Positions 30,194-40,428 of a DNA stretch of 64,000 nucleotides are shown piece after piece (the first letter of the stretch is position 1; the number at the start of each line of letters is the position of its first letter). The notes beneath the pieces were generated by a model, which was not told the DNA's origin, made no database searches, and worked only from the letters and a program-made list of their open reading frames with translations. Where the stretch lies: assembly GCA_965223265.1 (NCBI GenBank), contig OZ244999.1, forward strand, positions 7,744,001 through 7,808,000, read 5' to 3'. This DNA comes from Planctomycetota bacterium. GTDB lineage: Bacteria > Planctomycetota > UBA8108 > SXIK01. The translations under genes were made by a program, and so were the position numbers.

Positions 30194-30266
30194 GTGCTCC
30201 GGCCCACTGCCGCAGAGCTCGTCCGGCCGCTGTTATTCCGCTTTTATTGATGCGAAAGGCGCGTGC

Positions 30267-31505
30267 ATGCTCCAACGATCCATATCGTCCTGCTTGATCA
30301 TTCTCATGCTGGGTACTGTGGCAGTTTCGTGTCGAACCTCCTCCCAACGGGACCGCGGTGACGTCATTCGCGACCTGACGGCCACTCTCGCGCAGCCCGG
30401 TGATCTGGTCATGTTGCGCGACGGCGATGCGACCGTGATCGTCAGCCCTCGGCTCCAGGGGCGGATCATGACGATGATGGCAAAGAATCTGCCGCCATCG
30501 GGCTTCGTCCCGCTGCAGACGATTCAAGAGGGCGAAGTGCATCCGCACATGAACAATTTCGGCGGAATCGACCGCTTCTGGATCGGCCCCGAAGCTGGCC
30601 AATACGGTATCTACTTCCCCCCCGGCGCCGAGTTCAACCGCGACACCTGGCAAGTGCCCGCCGCCTTTGACACCGGGAAGTTTCCAGTCGCTTTGCAGAC
30701 TGAACACAACGTCGTCATGGAACGTGACATGGCGGTGACGAACTATCTTGGCACAGTGTTTCACGTCAAGGTCATCCGCGAAATCGGCATCATCACAGCG
30801 GGCGAGTTGCCGCTGGCGCGAGAGCTCGGTATCGAGTTGCCTGAAGGAGTGAGCTATGTCGGTGCCTATTCCGACAACCGAATGACCAACAACGGACGCC
30901 AAACCTGGTCGAAGGAAAGTGGCCTCATCGGGATATGGATTCTCGGGATGCTTGACGCGTCCGATGCGAGCTGCATCATTGCGCCGATCAAACCGGCAGC
31001 CGCAGGACCGCAGTTCAACGACGAGTACTTTGGTAAGGTCAGCGAAGAGGCGCCGGAGCGCATCAAAGTCGTCGATAGCGCAGTTGTCTTCCGCGGCGAC
31101 GCCCGGCGCGTCGGCAAATTCGGTCTGCGCCAAGCGCGCACCACCGGCCGAGCCGGGTCGTATGACTTCGAGACGAACGTTCTGACGATCGTCAGATTCT
31201 CTTTGCCCGAAGACCCGCACCTCTACGGCAATTCTATGTGGCAAAAGAATCAGGCAGAGCCGTACGGCGGGGACGCGTTTCAAAGCTACAACAACGGCGG
31301 CGCCACACCAGGCGAACTCGCCGCAGACGCTTTCTACGAGCTCGAAAGCGCTTCGCCCGTGCTGCCGCTGAGGCCCGGCGAGTCGGTAGAACACCGCCAC
31401 GCGACGTACCAGTTCAGAGGCTCGTACGCGCAGATGAGGTCGCTGGCGCAGGAGACTCTCGGTGTCGATCTCGATAGGGTGCGCGACGCACTACTTGGCG
31501 ACTGA
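30267..31505 (+). CDS. Lipoprotein, DUF6786-like (uncharacterised, mutarotase-like beta-sandwich inferred)
   Basis: Lipobox AVSC; LQGRIMT, NNFGGIDRFWIGPEAGQY, PYGGDAFQSYNNG, FYELESASP. Confidence 0.78.
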   Translation: MLQRSISSCLIILMLGTVAVSCRTSSQRDRGDVIRDLTATLAQPGDLVMLRDGDATVIVSPRLQGRIMTMMAKNLPPSGFVPLQTIQEGEVHPHMNNFGGIDRFWIGPEAGQYGIYFPPGAEFNRDTWQVPAAFDTGKFPVALQTEHNVVMERDMAVTNYLGTVFHVKVIREIGIITAGELPLARELGIELPEGVSYVGAYSDNRMTNNGRQTWSKESGLIGIWILGMLDASDASCIIAPIKPAAAGPQFNDEYFGKVSEEAPERIKVVDSAVVFRGDARRVGKFGLRQARTTGRAGSYDFETNVLTIVRFSLPEDPHLYGNSMWQKNQAEPYGGDAFQSYNNGGATPGELAADAFYELESASPVLPLRPGESVEHRHATYQFRGSYAQMRSLAQETLGVDLDRVRDALLGD

Positions 31506-31762
31506 ACATCACCAAGGTCGTTCGCTGTGCAGAAGCCGCCCCAATGGCGCGGCTATGGATTTCCGTGGACGTTCACAGCCTGGCCTTCTCACACGACTGC
31601 GTCGCTCTGCACGTTCCTCAGTGTCGAGCCCTGCGGCGACTGCCGATCGCGCGGCGCGTCACGACGCTACTCGGAACTTACGCGGCTCGATCGCATTGAA
31701 TAACTCCCTTTGGCGCGCGTCTGATTCGTAGTTCGAGACAAAAAAGAGACGAACGCCGCCGC

Positions 31763-31778
31763 CGGCACAAGCCTTGCG
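31763..31778 (+). promoter_or_regulatory. sigma54-like promoter
   Basis: CGGCAC-aagcc-TTGCG with exact GG-N10-GC spacing, about 95 nt before 31871. Confidence 0.55.
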
Positions 31779-31870
31779 CTGGTTCTCGTCTTTCATTTCC
31801 AGACGCTACCGCTCTGTCGTTCCCGGATCGTTGACGACGAGCGCTGCTCTTGCGAGGAGGTGTGATTCAT

Positions 31871-32308
31871 ATGAGTGTGACCCGCCCCCGACTGTCCCCG
31901 ATTCTGCTCGCTTTTGCCCTCTGCACTCCGATTCTACTCCAGGGATGCTCCAGCGGCGGCGGGGGTGGCCACTCTTTGGAGGAGCCGACTGAGTACGAGC
32001 TCGGCTACGACGATGGTTTCGCAGACGGAGCCGACGACGGTTTCGACGCGGGCTTGAGCGCCGGCTACGAAGCCGGCTTCAACGATGGGGAGATTCACTA
32101 CGCATTCGATGTCGGGTACGACCCTATCTGCTGCGAGTTGCTGATCGATCTGGCCCACCTCATTGATCTGTCGTTCGACATCTTCGTCGACATCGACTAC
32201 CGCGAGGGCTACGAAGATGGGTACGACGACGCCTACGAGCAGCACTACTCGGCGTCGTTCGAGGAAGGCTACTTGCACGGGTACGACGACGGATACCATC
32301 ACGGCTGA
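31871..32308 (+). CDS. Small acidic lipoprotein with G[YF]x[DE] tetrad repeats
   Basis: GAGGAGG RBS; lipobox LQGC; GYDDGFADGADDGFDAG...GYEDGYDD...GYLHGYDDGYHHG. Confidence 0.8.
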   Translation: MSVTRPRLSPILLAFALCTPILLQGCSSGGGGGHSLEEPTEYELGYDDGFADGADDGFDAGLSAGYEAGFNDGEIHYAFDVGYDPICCELLIDLAHLIDLSFDIFVDIDYREGYEDGYDDAYEQHYSASFEEGYLHGYDDGYHHG

Positions 32309-32378
32309 CAGCCCGTCAAAAAGTCATTGGGTGTGAAACCGGCCTCTTCACCGTCTCACGACGACGACGGTAGCGATC

Positions 32379-33059
32379 TCACGTGCGTTTTCGCGCCGCC
32401 ACGCCGAAGTTGATCATGAGCGGATAGAGGCCAGCGCCGAGGCGGTCGATTGCAGGCAACACGAAACGAGCGCCCGGAACCTGCCACGGCACGAGGTGGC
32501 AACCCCGCCGTGCAAGCACTTCCATTCGGCTTCGCTCCAGCTGCCGCTTGATCGCGCCAGGAAAGAGCCACACCTCGTTGCCAGCGAAGCGTCTCACGCC
32601 GAGTCGTCTCGCCAGTACCAGCGACGGATACCATAGCTTGTTCGGCGTCGTGAGCATCAGAACGCCGCCTGGCCGTAGGACGCGCGCCATTTCGGCGATC
32701 GCCACAAGCGGCTCTGGAGTATGCTCTATGCACTCTGAAGACACCACAGCGTCGAACGTGCCGTCGCCGAACGGAAGATCACACGCGTCGGCCTGGCGCC
32801 ACTCACACTCGACGCCCTTTCCGACGCGCTCGCTCAGCTTTTCCGACAGGTCGCACACCGTGAGCGCTTCAACGCGGTCGATCAACCACCGACTGATCGC
32901 GCCAGTACCACACCCGACCTCTAGGCAGGTTCCTAACTTGCCACACCGCCGCATCAGACATTCGATGAGGCGCTGGCGCTGCTTCACATCATACGGCGAC
33001 ATGAAGCATTCGAAGTCAGTACCGATTTCTTCGTAGTAGAGCTCGCTCACGCGGGTCAT
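32379..33059 (-). CDS. Class I SAM-dependent methyltransferase
   Basis: LEVGCGTG, DACDLPF..FDAVVSSECIEH, RVLRPGG; ATGA overlap with GT2. Confidence 0.9.
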   Translation of the reverse strand: MTRVSELYYEEIGTDFECFMSPYDVKQRQRLIECLMRRCGKLGTCLEVGCGTGAISRWLIDRVEALTVCDLSEKLSERVGKGVECEWRQADACDLPFGDGTFDAVVSSECIEHTPEPLVAIAEMARVLRPGGVLMLTTPNKLWYPSLVLARRLGVRRFAGNEVWLFPGAIKRQLERSRMEVLARRGCHLVPWQVPGARFVLPAIDRLGAGLYPLMINFGVAARKRT

Positions 33060-34066
33060 GCTTCGCGTCCCGCAACACTCGGTGCCGCAACATCACGACG
33101 CATTGACTCTTGGTGCCGAAGAGAATTAGGTCGCGCTTCGCTGGTCGCTTCGACGACGAACGCGGGTCGCCCACGGACGCTTTCGAACGTGCGACCGAGA
33201 TACTCACCGACGATGCCAAGATAGACGAAGAGAAAGCTGAACATGAGGCTGAGAACGACCAAGATCGACGCCCACCCAGGCACGGAAGTCTTGAGAACGC
33301 ACGCAACGTAGAGGACATAGCCGAGCTCGACAACTCCCAGCGCGGCAGCACAAAAGCCGCCCACGATGCCGACTCGGAGGGGACGGACTGACATCGCCGT
33401 GACGCCGAGAAATGCAAATTCTAGCATGCGTCGCAGATCATATTTGGTCTCACCGCTGCGACGGCGGTCAGCATCGTATTGGACCTTTGCGCGTGGGAAA
33501 CCGACCCAATGGATGAGGCCACGAAAAAAGATTTGAGTGCCGTTCATCTGCGTCAGTTCTTTGACGACAGCACGATCGATCAGCCAAAAGTCTGCCGTCC
33601 CCGCCTCGATCCGTTCGCCGCACAGGCCCGACAGCAGGCGATAGAAGAGGCGCGACGTCGCGCGCTTGAAGAGCGATGTCCCCTGCGGATCCCGCCGCTG
33701 TGTCGACACCACCTTGGCGCCCTGGCGCCAGCGATCGAGCAGCACCGGCACGACGGCCGGTGGGTGCTGAAGATCCGCGTCCATACACACAACAACTTCT
33801 CCACGCGCTGCGTGCAGCCCAGCCAGGATCGCCGCCTGATGGCCAAAGTTGCGGCTCAGCTTCACGCCGCGGATGCGTGCATCGCCGGCCGTCAGTCCGT
33901 CGATGCGTGCCCAAGTGCTGTCGGTGCTCCCATCGTCAACGACCACAGCCTCCCAGTCGACACCGCTTTCGGCGAGCACCGCGCTGAGTTCCCCGCAGAC
34001 AAGAGGCAGATTCTCGGCCTCGTTGTGCGCAGGAATCACGACGGAGAGCAGCGACGGCATCGGCAT
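33056..34066 (-). CDS. Polyprenol-phosphate glycosyltransferase (GT2, GtrB/ArnC/DPM-like)
   Basis: VVIPAHNE, VDDGSTD, LSRNFGHQ, MDADLQHPP; two C-terminal TM helices ending GIVGEYLGR. Confidence 0.92.
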   Translation of the reverse strand: MPMPSLLSVVIPAHNEAENLPLVCGELSAVLAESGVDWEAVVVDDGSTDSTWARIDGLTAGDARIRGVKLSRNFGHQAAILAGLHAARGEVVVCMDADLQHPPAVVPVLLDRWRQGAKVVSTQRRDPQGTSLFKRATSRLFYRLLSGLCGERIEAGTADFWLIDRAVVKELTQMNGTQIFFRGLIHWVGFPRAKVQYDADRRRSGETKYDLRRMLEFAFLGVTAMSVRPLRVGIVGGFCAAALGVVELGYVLYVACVLKTSVPGWASILVVLSLMFSFLFVYLGIVGEYLGRTFESVRGRPAFVVEATSEARPNSLRHQESMRRDVAAPSVAGREA

Positions 34067-34179
34067 CACGGTCGACGTTCCGAAAAGGAATAAAGAAAGA
34101 GTTTTCTCCGCTCTCACTTCGGCTCTTCGTCCGGCCTGATTGAGTCGTCGCGACGGGAAAAGTCCGGTATCGCGCGCCG

Positions 34180-36018
34180 ATGGCCGATCACAGACGTATG
34201 GATGCACCGCACCCCAAAGCGCCGCCGCGCTCGAACGCATCGATCACCCTGATCATCCTTGCGGTAGCGGCTGTTCCGTTTCTCTCACTTCGACACGGCG
34301 TTCCAGACGCGCACGATCTCGGCGACCACCTGGCGATGGCGTCACAGTTTCGCGACGGGCTGGGCGAAGGCAACCTCTACCCGCGCTGGCTCGGCGAGCT
34401 TCACGGCGGCTGGGGCGAACCGACCATGCTCTTCTACCCGCCAGCTCTCTACTACGTCACAGCAATCATCAGCCTCGTCTTTCTCGGCGACATCGTGCAC
34501 GGGCTCTTCATGACGATGTTCCTCTTCACGTGCGCCGGCGCCCTCGGCCTCTATCTGCTGACGTCGCCGCTCTGGGGCCGCGGCGCAGGCCTCGTCGCCG
34601 GCGCCATCTTCGTGCTCGCCCCGTACCGCGCCTTCGAGCTTCACGCGGCCGGCCTCTTCTCCAGCTACGCAGCCGGGTGCATTCTGCCATGGTGCTTTCT
34701 CTTCCTGTGGCGCCTGAGCGCGACGGGGCAGAGCGAAGGACACGAGCGGCCGACACGACGTACGGCGGTACTCCTGTGGCCGCTCAGCTACGCGGCCGTC
34801 ATTCTTACGAACCTACCGGCGGCGGTACTCCTCACGTACCTCGTCGCTGCCTGGACGATCGTCGAGCTATGGATTTCGTGCGACTGGAAAAGCGCCGGAC
34901 GCATCGTCTTGGGAGGCGGTCTTGGCGCACTCCTGGCGGCAGCCTACCTGCTACCCGCGGTGACAGAGCTGCCCGAAATCGTGCGCCCCCACTCCGACGA
35001 TCAACCTGAGATGTTCGCGCAAAACTTCGTTTTGCAGTGGAGCGGCAGTTGGATGCCGTTTGGCCTGTGGAAACTCTTCGCGCGAATGGCGGCGTGGCCA
35101 GCGCTTGCTTTTCTCGTCGCACTTCTCGTCACTGCGGTAGCGGTGCGAGCACGGAATACGGCGATATATGGCATTCAGACATTTGCGGAGGTCGGAGCGC
35201 GCAGTCAATGGATCCGTCTTCTCGCCGTCGCCGGCGCGGTAGCTTTCTTCCTCGCGACCCCGCTCTCCGAGCCGGCGTGGCGGCACCTACCCTTTCTCAA
35301 TCGCGTCAACTTGCCTTGGCGCCTCTTGAGCCCCTTCGCGATCTCCGTGGCCGCGTTAGGTGGAGCCGCGGTGGCGTCAACGCTTTCGCTCTCCTCTCTC
35401 CCGAACCGGCGCACCCCGCGCGGCACCCTGATCCACCTCTCTGCGCTGGGTGTCCCGCTGCTGCTCAGCTTGCACACGAGCCTTAACGCTAGTCGCCTGA
35501 ACGGTCACCTAAGCAGCGACGAAGTGAGGGCGCGACTGCCCGAATACAGAACCCAAGTGGGATACTTTCTGCCCGCCGGGGCCACCAAGGTTCAGGACCT
35601 ACCCCGCGCGCCAAGAGCGCACGCAACGACAAACAGAGCCGCGGTCGATATCTTGGCTTGGCAGGGGGAACGACGTGTTCTGCGAGTAGACGCGCCGCAG
35701 CTCACACAAATCCATTTGCGCACCTATTTCTATCCCGGCTGGCGTGCGAAGAGTGGTGAAAGAGACTTGGAGCTGTCGCGCGCACCACATGGGGGCATCC
35801 TCATCTCGGTCCCGACCGGACGGCACGAAATCGAAGTCTCTTTCGCGGCCACACCGACCCGGCAAGGTGCCGTCGCAGCCTCCGCCGTGGCGCTGCTCAT
35901 TTGGTTAGCCCTCGCCGCGCCTTGGGTGCGGCGTCGGTCCGGCACACAGACGACGAGCTCACCGCGAACGAGCACGCGTTCAAGCAGAAGTGACGCCGTC
36001 GCAGCGTGCGAACGCTAA
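34180..36018 (+). CDS. Multi-TM GT-C-like protein (PTPS-related membrane protein/YfhO-like)
   Basis: HDLGDH, YPRWL...GWGEP..FYPP, APYR, many TM helices; C-terminal YYPGW-like FYPGWRA and VPTGRHEI. Confidence 0.8.
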   Translation: MADHRRMDAPHPKAPPRSNASITLIILAVAAVPFLSLRHGVPDAHDLGDHLAMASQFRDGLGEGNLYPRWLGELHGGWGEPTMLFYPPALYYVTAIISLVFLGDIVHGLFMTMFLFTCAGALGLYLLTSPLWGRGAGLVAGAIFVLAPYRAFELHAAGLFSSYAAGCILPWCFLFLWRLSATGQSEGHERPTRRTAVLLWPLSYAAVILTNLPAAVLLTYLVAAWTIVELWISCDWKSAGRIVLGGGLGALLAAAYLLPAVTELPEIVRPHSDDQPEMFAQNFVLQWSGSWMPFGLWKLFARMAAWPALAFLVALLVTAVAVRARNTAIYGIQTFAEVGARSQWIRLLAVAGAVAFFLATPLSEPAWRHLPFLNRVNLPWRLLSPFAISVAALGGAAVASTLSLSSLPNRRTPRGTLIHLSALGVPLLLSLHTSLNASRLNGHLSSDEVRARLPEYRTQVGYFLPAGATKVQDLPRAPRAHATTNRAAVDILAWQGERRVLRVDAPQLTQIHLRTYFYPGWRAKSGERDLELSRAPHGGILISVPTGRHEIEVSFAATPTRQGAVAASAVALLIWLALAAPWVRRRSGTQTTSSPRTSTRSSRSDAVAACER

Positions 36019-36032
36019 GGGTCAAAAGACTG

Positions 36033-37739
36033 ATGACGACACCGCCGACGCAACACGGAGACGCGACACGCACGGCCGGCCTACGGGCACTGGAATCATC
36101 TCTTCGTCCGCACCGAGACCGTCGCGTACTGGCGACGCTCATCTTCGTCGTCGCGGCGACGCTTTGGGTCACCCAGCCACGCCTGGTGTATCGAGGCGAT
36201 CCACTCGTTGTTCGTGTTGCGGCCGCGCACTGGCTCGAGACCGGGGAACTCGGGATTCCGTTCGCGCACCGCGCCGCACTCGGCGACCTGGTCACAGAGC
36301 GCGGTCAGTACTTCTACGAAAACGACACCGAGCAGCGCTTCTACTCTAAATTCGGCGTCGCGAATACCGTTCTCTTCATGCCACCACTCATAGCAGAGAT
36401 GCTCTGGTCTGGTGGTCTTGCGATTCTCGAACCGGACGCCGAGTGGCGTCACTGGCTCATAGACTACACTCCCTCGCTCAAGTTTTTCCTGAACGCATAC
36501 AACCTCCTCTGGGCTGTGGTGATCGCGCTCTACCTCTTTGGACTCGCCCGCTTCTTCGCCGGCGCCCCCGTCAGCGCAGCGTTCGTACTCTGTGTCGTGT
36601 TTACGACGTTTCTCTGGAACTACCTCAGAGCGCAGAGTTCCGAGATTCTGCAGGTGGCTCTGTTTGTCGGCTGCGTCTTCCACCTCTTCGCGTTTCGCCG
36701 GAGCCTACCGGCTGCCTCCCGTACACGGAACCGGAAGGTATGGTTGCACGTGGCCGCAGCGACCATCTGCGCCGGCACTCTCCTCCTGACCAAACTCTAC
36801 TACGTGATCCTGCTACCATGGGTGTGGATCTACGTCGCCGCTGCCACTGTTAGGGGCGATCGCAACGCTGGCGCCACCGGCGAGACGACTGACTGGGTCG
36901 AGCGACTCCGCGCTCATGTCAAACCGCTTGCGTTCGCTCTTGTTCTTCCGACCCTAGTGCTTGGCACCGCGGCGATACTCGCAGCGCGGCAAAAATTCGG
37001 TGCGCCGTGGATGACGGGATATGAGCAGTGGCGCGTCAACGGCGACGTCGTCGCTCGGCTCTCCCTTAGCGGTCTGCCGCGAGCTCTCTGCGGCTTTCTG
37101 TTTGATGGCGACCGCAGCGTCTTCACGCACTTCCCACCCCTTGCGGTCGCCGCCATTGGTTGGCGCCTGTTTTGGCAACAGGCACGCCCCGACGCACGCT
37201 TCATCGCCTCTACCTCGGTGCTCTTTCTCATCGCCATATCGGCGTTCGACAACTGGAAGGGCGAATGGTGCTACGGCCCTCGCTATCTCCTTTTCGCACT
37301 GCCGGCAGCGGCGATACCGTTCGTTTACGTGCTGTCGTGGCTGGCGGAGCACCGCCGCACCCTCGTCGGCGGAGCCCTTGGTTTCGGACTGCTCGCCGTG
37401 CTCTGTCTCTCTCTCAAGCTTCAACTCGCAGTCAACGGCCTCCCGTTCTTCGCCCGCGACGCGATTTATGCTTCAACGTTCAAGAAGATCGATTGTGAAC
37501 CAGCAACCGCCTACTTCGAGAAGCGCCACTTCGGACTTGTGCATGCCGACCTGATGGCGTTTCGCAGTGGCGAGCGACCGTTTCCGCCGATCACCGCGTA
37601 CGTGCGCACAAACACTCCGAGCAGCGACGAAATCCGCCGGCTCGAGGCCTTCATTCGGCGCCTTCTGGTGCGCAACTATCACTTTTCCACGGAGGCGCGT
37701 GCAGCTCGCGCTGCCGCCCGTGGTCCGACCAACCCCTGA
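36033..37739 (+). CDS. Multi-TM GT-C fold glycosyltransferase-like protein
   Basis: About 10 TM helices; YRGD, FYSKFG, SSE, PWMTGY, WKGEWCYGPRYL; start approximate (36006-36033). Confidence 0.72.
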   Translation: MTTPPTQHGDATRTAGLRALESSLRPHRDRRVLATLIFVVAATLWVTQPRLVYRGDPLVVRVAAAHWLETGELGIPFAHRAALGDLVTERGQYFYENDTEQRFYSKFGVANTVLFMPPLIAEMLWSGGLAILEPDAEWRHWLIDYTPSLKFFLNAYNLLWAVVIALYLFGLARFFAGAPVSAAFVLCVVFTTFLWNYLRAQSSEILQVALFVGCVFHLFAFRRSLPAASRTRNRKVWLHVAAATICAGTLLLTKLYYVILLPWVWIYVAAATVRGDRNAGATGETTDWVERLRAHVKPLAFALVLPTLVLGTAAILAARQKFGAPWMTGYEQWRVNGDVVARLSLSGLPRALCGFLFDGDRSVFTHFPPLAVAAIGWRLFWQQARPDARFIASTSVLFLIAISAFDNWKGEWCYGPRYLLFALPAAAIPFVYVLSWLAEHRRTLVGGALGFGLLAVLCLSLKLQLAVNGLPFFARDAIYASTFKKIDCEPATAYFEKRHFGLVHADLMAFRSGERPFPPITAYVRTNTPSSDEIRRLEAFIRRLLVRNYHFSTEARAARAAARGPTNP

Positions 37740-37760
37740 CGGCCATCACTACGCAAGTAC

Positions 37761-38996
37761 CTACTGAAAGACGTAGAGCCAGCCGTCGTCCCCGCTCAAA
37801 TAGAACCGACCGTCTTTCACGGTCACGACCGAACTGAGCTTCCCCTGCGTCTCGAACTTAAACAGCTCGGCACCGGACTCGTCGCTGAGACCGTAAAGGG
37901 TCCCGTCGGCGGAGCCGAAGATGACGACGTTGTCATTGCCGGCGCGGTTCCGCACGACAGTCGGCGAACTGATGATGCGCTTTCCCGTCTTGTACGACCA
38001 AATCTCTTCGCCGCTGTCAAAATCGACCGCATACATCTTGAAGTCGTGGCTGCCGAAGAAGACGCGGCGCTTGTGCGTGTCGATCGACGGGCTGCTCATG
38101 CTCTTGCCGCCTGTCTTGAACTTCCAGACGAGATCGCCCGAGTCTTGCTCAAAGTTGTAGAGATGTCCATCCCAGGACGTAATGAGCACCTTATCTTCGA
38201 AGAGCGCCGCCGTGGACTTGATGTCACCTTTGGTTTCATAACGCCACAGCGTCTTACCGCTATCGGCATTGATGGCATAGAAGCGATGGCTGTTCGCTCC
38301 GATGAATGCGACGCGCGTCTTCGTGTTGAGCGTCGGCGTGGCGTGTGTGTGGTCGCCAAAGGTTTCGGAGCGAAAGCACTCCTTGCCATCCTTCTTCCAG
38401 ACGCAGGTGAGATAACCATCCGGGCGCCGCGTCTCGACACCGACGTAGATCTTCTCGCCCCAAATCACCGGCGAGCTACCGATCGACCCCCCAAGCTTTG
38501 ACTGCCACTTCAGACGTCCATCCGCCCGATCGAGCGCGTAGAGCCAGCCGTCGTAGCCACCAATGTAGACGCAGTCGCGATCGACGGCTGGCGTGCCATG
38601 GATTCCGTTCTTCGCTTGCGGTCGGATGCGAAAGCGCCATTTCAGGCTTAGGTCCTCCGCATTCAACGCGTAGAGAAACCCAGAATCTGCGCCGACGAAC
38701 ACCTGACCTGCGTCGACGATCGGCGAAGACTTGGACGCCGAGTGGATGCCCACATTGATGAGGCCGTACTTCTGAATCACCCGAGGCGTGGGTGAGACAC
38801 TCTCCTCGGGGAAGTAACCGAGGTGATCGAGCCCTGGACGATAAAAATCGACGGCATCGGCGTAGGCGGCAGCGCCAGAGGTCAGCGTGACCGCGACAAT
38901 GGCGAGGATGCCTCGCGTGACCAAGAAGCGGCGCGCGGCGGGTACGTGCCACATCGATGCGACGTCCTCGGAGCTACGGCCGATATGCGACCTCAT
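37761..38996 (-). CDS. PQQ-like beta-propeller repeat protein (BamB/AfsK-type repeats)
   Basis: Repeats SSP....VYVG..DG.LYAL...G.LKW; N-terminal hydrophobic helix; ATGA overlap with upstream hydrolase. Confidence 0.88.
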   Translation of the reverse strand: MRSHIGRSSEDVASMWHVPAARRFLVTRGILAIVAVTLTSGAAAYADAVDFYRPGLDHLGYFPEESVSPTPRVIQKYGLINVGIHSASKSSPIVDAGQVFVGADSGFLYALNAEDLSLKWRFRIRPQAKNGIHGTPAVDRDCVYIGGYDGWLYALDRADGRLKWQSKLGGSIGSSPVIWGEKIYVGVETRRPDGYLTCVWKKDGKECFRSETFGDHTHATPTLNTKTRVAFIGANSHRFYAINADSGKTLWRYETKGDIKSTAALFEDKVLITSWDGHLYNFEQDSGDLVWKFKTGGKSMSSPSIDTHKRRVFFGSHDFKMYAVDFDSGEEIWSYKTGKRIISSPTVVRNRAGNDNVVIFGSADGTLYGLSDESGAELFKFETQGKLSSVVTVKDGRFYLSGDDGWLYVFQ

Positions 38997-40165
38997 CGCT
39001 CGCCCACGAGCCGTGAACGCGTCGCCTCGGGTGGTTTCAGGTGGGTGTCGAGCCAAGCGTAGATCAGCTGACGCGACTCATGGCGCACCGAATGTCCACT
39101 GCCATGGACAAAGAACGCAAAGTTCTGTGGCGCCTCCTCGAGCTCGTAGACATCCATGATTCTCATGTTCATTAGGATACGCTGCCGCTGAGTCGTCGGA
39201 ATGCCATCGTTCAGACCGGAGAGGTCGAGGAACGGTCTTGGTGCGATCAAAGCAATGATTTCGTGAAAATCGATATCAGGCAGGCGACCGTCGAGCAGCC
39301 CCTCGCGCATGGGTCGAAAGTAAACGTACCAGTGATCGCGCGCCCAGGCTTCCACCCTCGGATTGTGGCGAAAGAAAGATCCACCACAATTGCACGCGGC
39401 CGCCTTGACCCGTTCGTCGTAGGCAGCAAGGAAGATCGTACCATGCCCACCGAGCGAATGCCCGATCGCGCCGATGCGATCGGGGTCGACGCGTCCGAGC
39501 GACTGTAGCACATCGATGGCAATGGAATGTTCGTAAGTGAATTTTCCCACCGCTGTCCACTCTGGGTGGCGCTTATAGAATTCCCCGGTCTCGTAGGCAC
39601 CTGCGGCGGGCACGCGATGACCCGCGACAAAGTGGTCCGGCGCTATGACGACGTATCCGCGGCGTGCCAAGTGGTCCAAATAGGCCTTGTCGGGATTGTC
39701 GACGAGACCCGCCGCACGCTCCTTACCTTTGGCGAACGTCCCATGTAGCGCGACCACCGCTGGCAGTCGGCCGGTCTTCTTCGGAATGCCCAAATACGCA
39801 TGCGCACGCTCGTCTGCTTCGACGGCGTAGCTCACGAGCTGCCGAACGTAGATGCCATCTACCGACACGCTTTCGTGCACGCGGAGAGCGAGCGGGGGCT
39901 TTTGCGGCTTCTTGTCGTCACGGATCAGCCGCAAAAAACGTTGGCGCAGAATCTCCTTGCGACGAAGCCACGACGCCGTACCGTCGACGCCTTCAAGTAA
40001 GTCGTCCCATGACGACTTGACCGTGGGCGCGACAGACGGGCGGCGAGGCGCCGACTGCGACGGAGGCACCGGTGGCGACTGTGAAGAATCCTCTGCGTAC
40101 ACCTGAAGACACACGGCGAAGGCGAAAACTTTGGCTACTTGTCGCAGCCGGTCGTGTCGTTTCAT
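38993..40165 (-). CDS. Secreted alpha/beta hydrolase (dienelactone hydrolase/esterase-like)
   Basis: PAVVALHGT, VDPDRIGAIGHSLGG nucleophile elbow, LIAPRP, GSGH. Confidence 0.85.
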   Translation of the reverse strand: MKRHDRLRQVAKVFAFAVCLQVYAEDSSQSPPVPPSQSAPRRPSVAPTVKSSWDDLLEGVDGTASWLRRKEILRQRFLRLIRDDKKPQKPPLALRVHESVSVDGIYVRQLVSYAVEADERAHAYLGIPKKTGRLPAVVALHGTFAKGKERAAGLVDNPDKAYLDHLARRGYVVIAPDHFVAGHRVPAAGAYETGEFYKRHPEWTAVGKFTYEHSIAIDVLQSLGRVDPDRIGAIGHSLGGHGTIFLAAYDERVKAAACNCGGSFFRHNPRVEAWARDHWYVYFRPMREGLLDGRLPDIDFHEIIALIAPRPFLDLSGLNDGIPTTQRQRILMNMRIMDVYELEEAPQNFAFFVHGSGHSVRHESRQLIYAWLDTHLKPPEATRSRLVGER

Positions 40166-40315
40166 GTCGAAGCTCCGAAGTTCCTCGTCGAGCTCATCAG
40201 CGCTATCCGTAGACTGAATCCCCAACGCCTGCAAAAAATGACGGCAAGAAACGCCTTCGGCTCGGTGAATAGCACGCCATTAGCGACGTTCGAACGAAGT
40301 CGCGGCAATGCTTTT

Positions 40316-40341
40316 CTTTGTTGCCTTCGTTTCCTTCTATT
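40316..40341. repeat. Copy of the ACAGAAGG(N)AACG-type intergenic repeat
   Basis: CTTTGTTGCCTTCGTTTCCTTCTATT matches 3715-3740 at 21 of 26 positions. Confidence 0.55.
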
Positions 40342-40428
40342 GGAGTGAGACTTCTTGCTCGAACTATCGACTCACCACACTAGCGCCAACCAGTGGGTAG
40401 ACGCGCTGACAGGTGCGGACACTCGCTG

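Noticed and set aside
31673-31702. GGAACTT ECF-like -35 element
   Set aside because: No convincing -10 partner at 16-17 nt; the sigma54 site closer to the gene fits better
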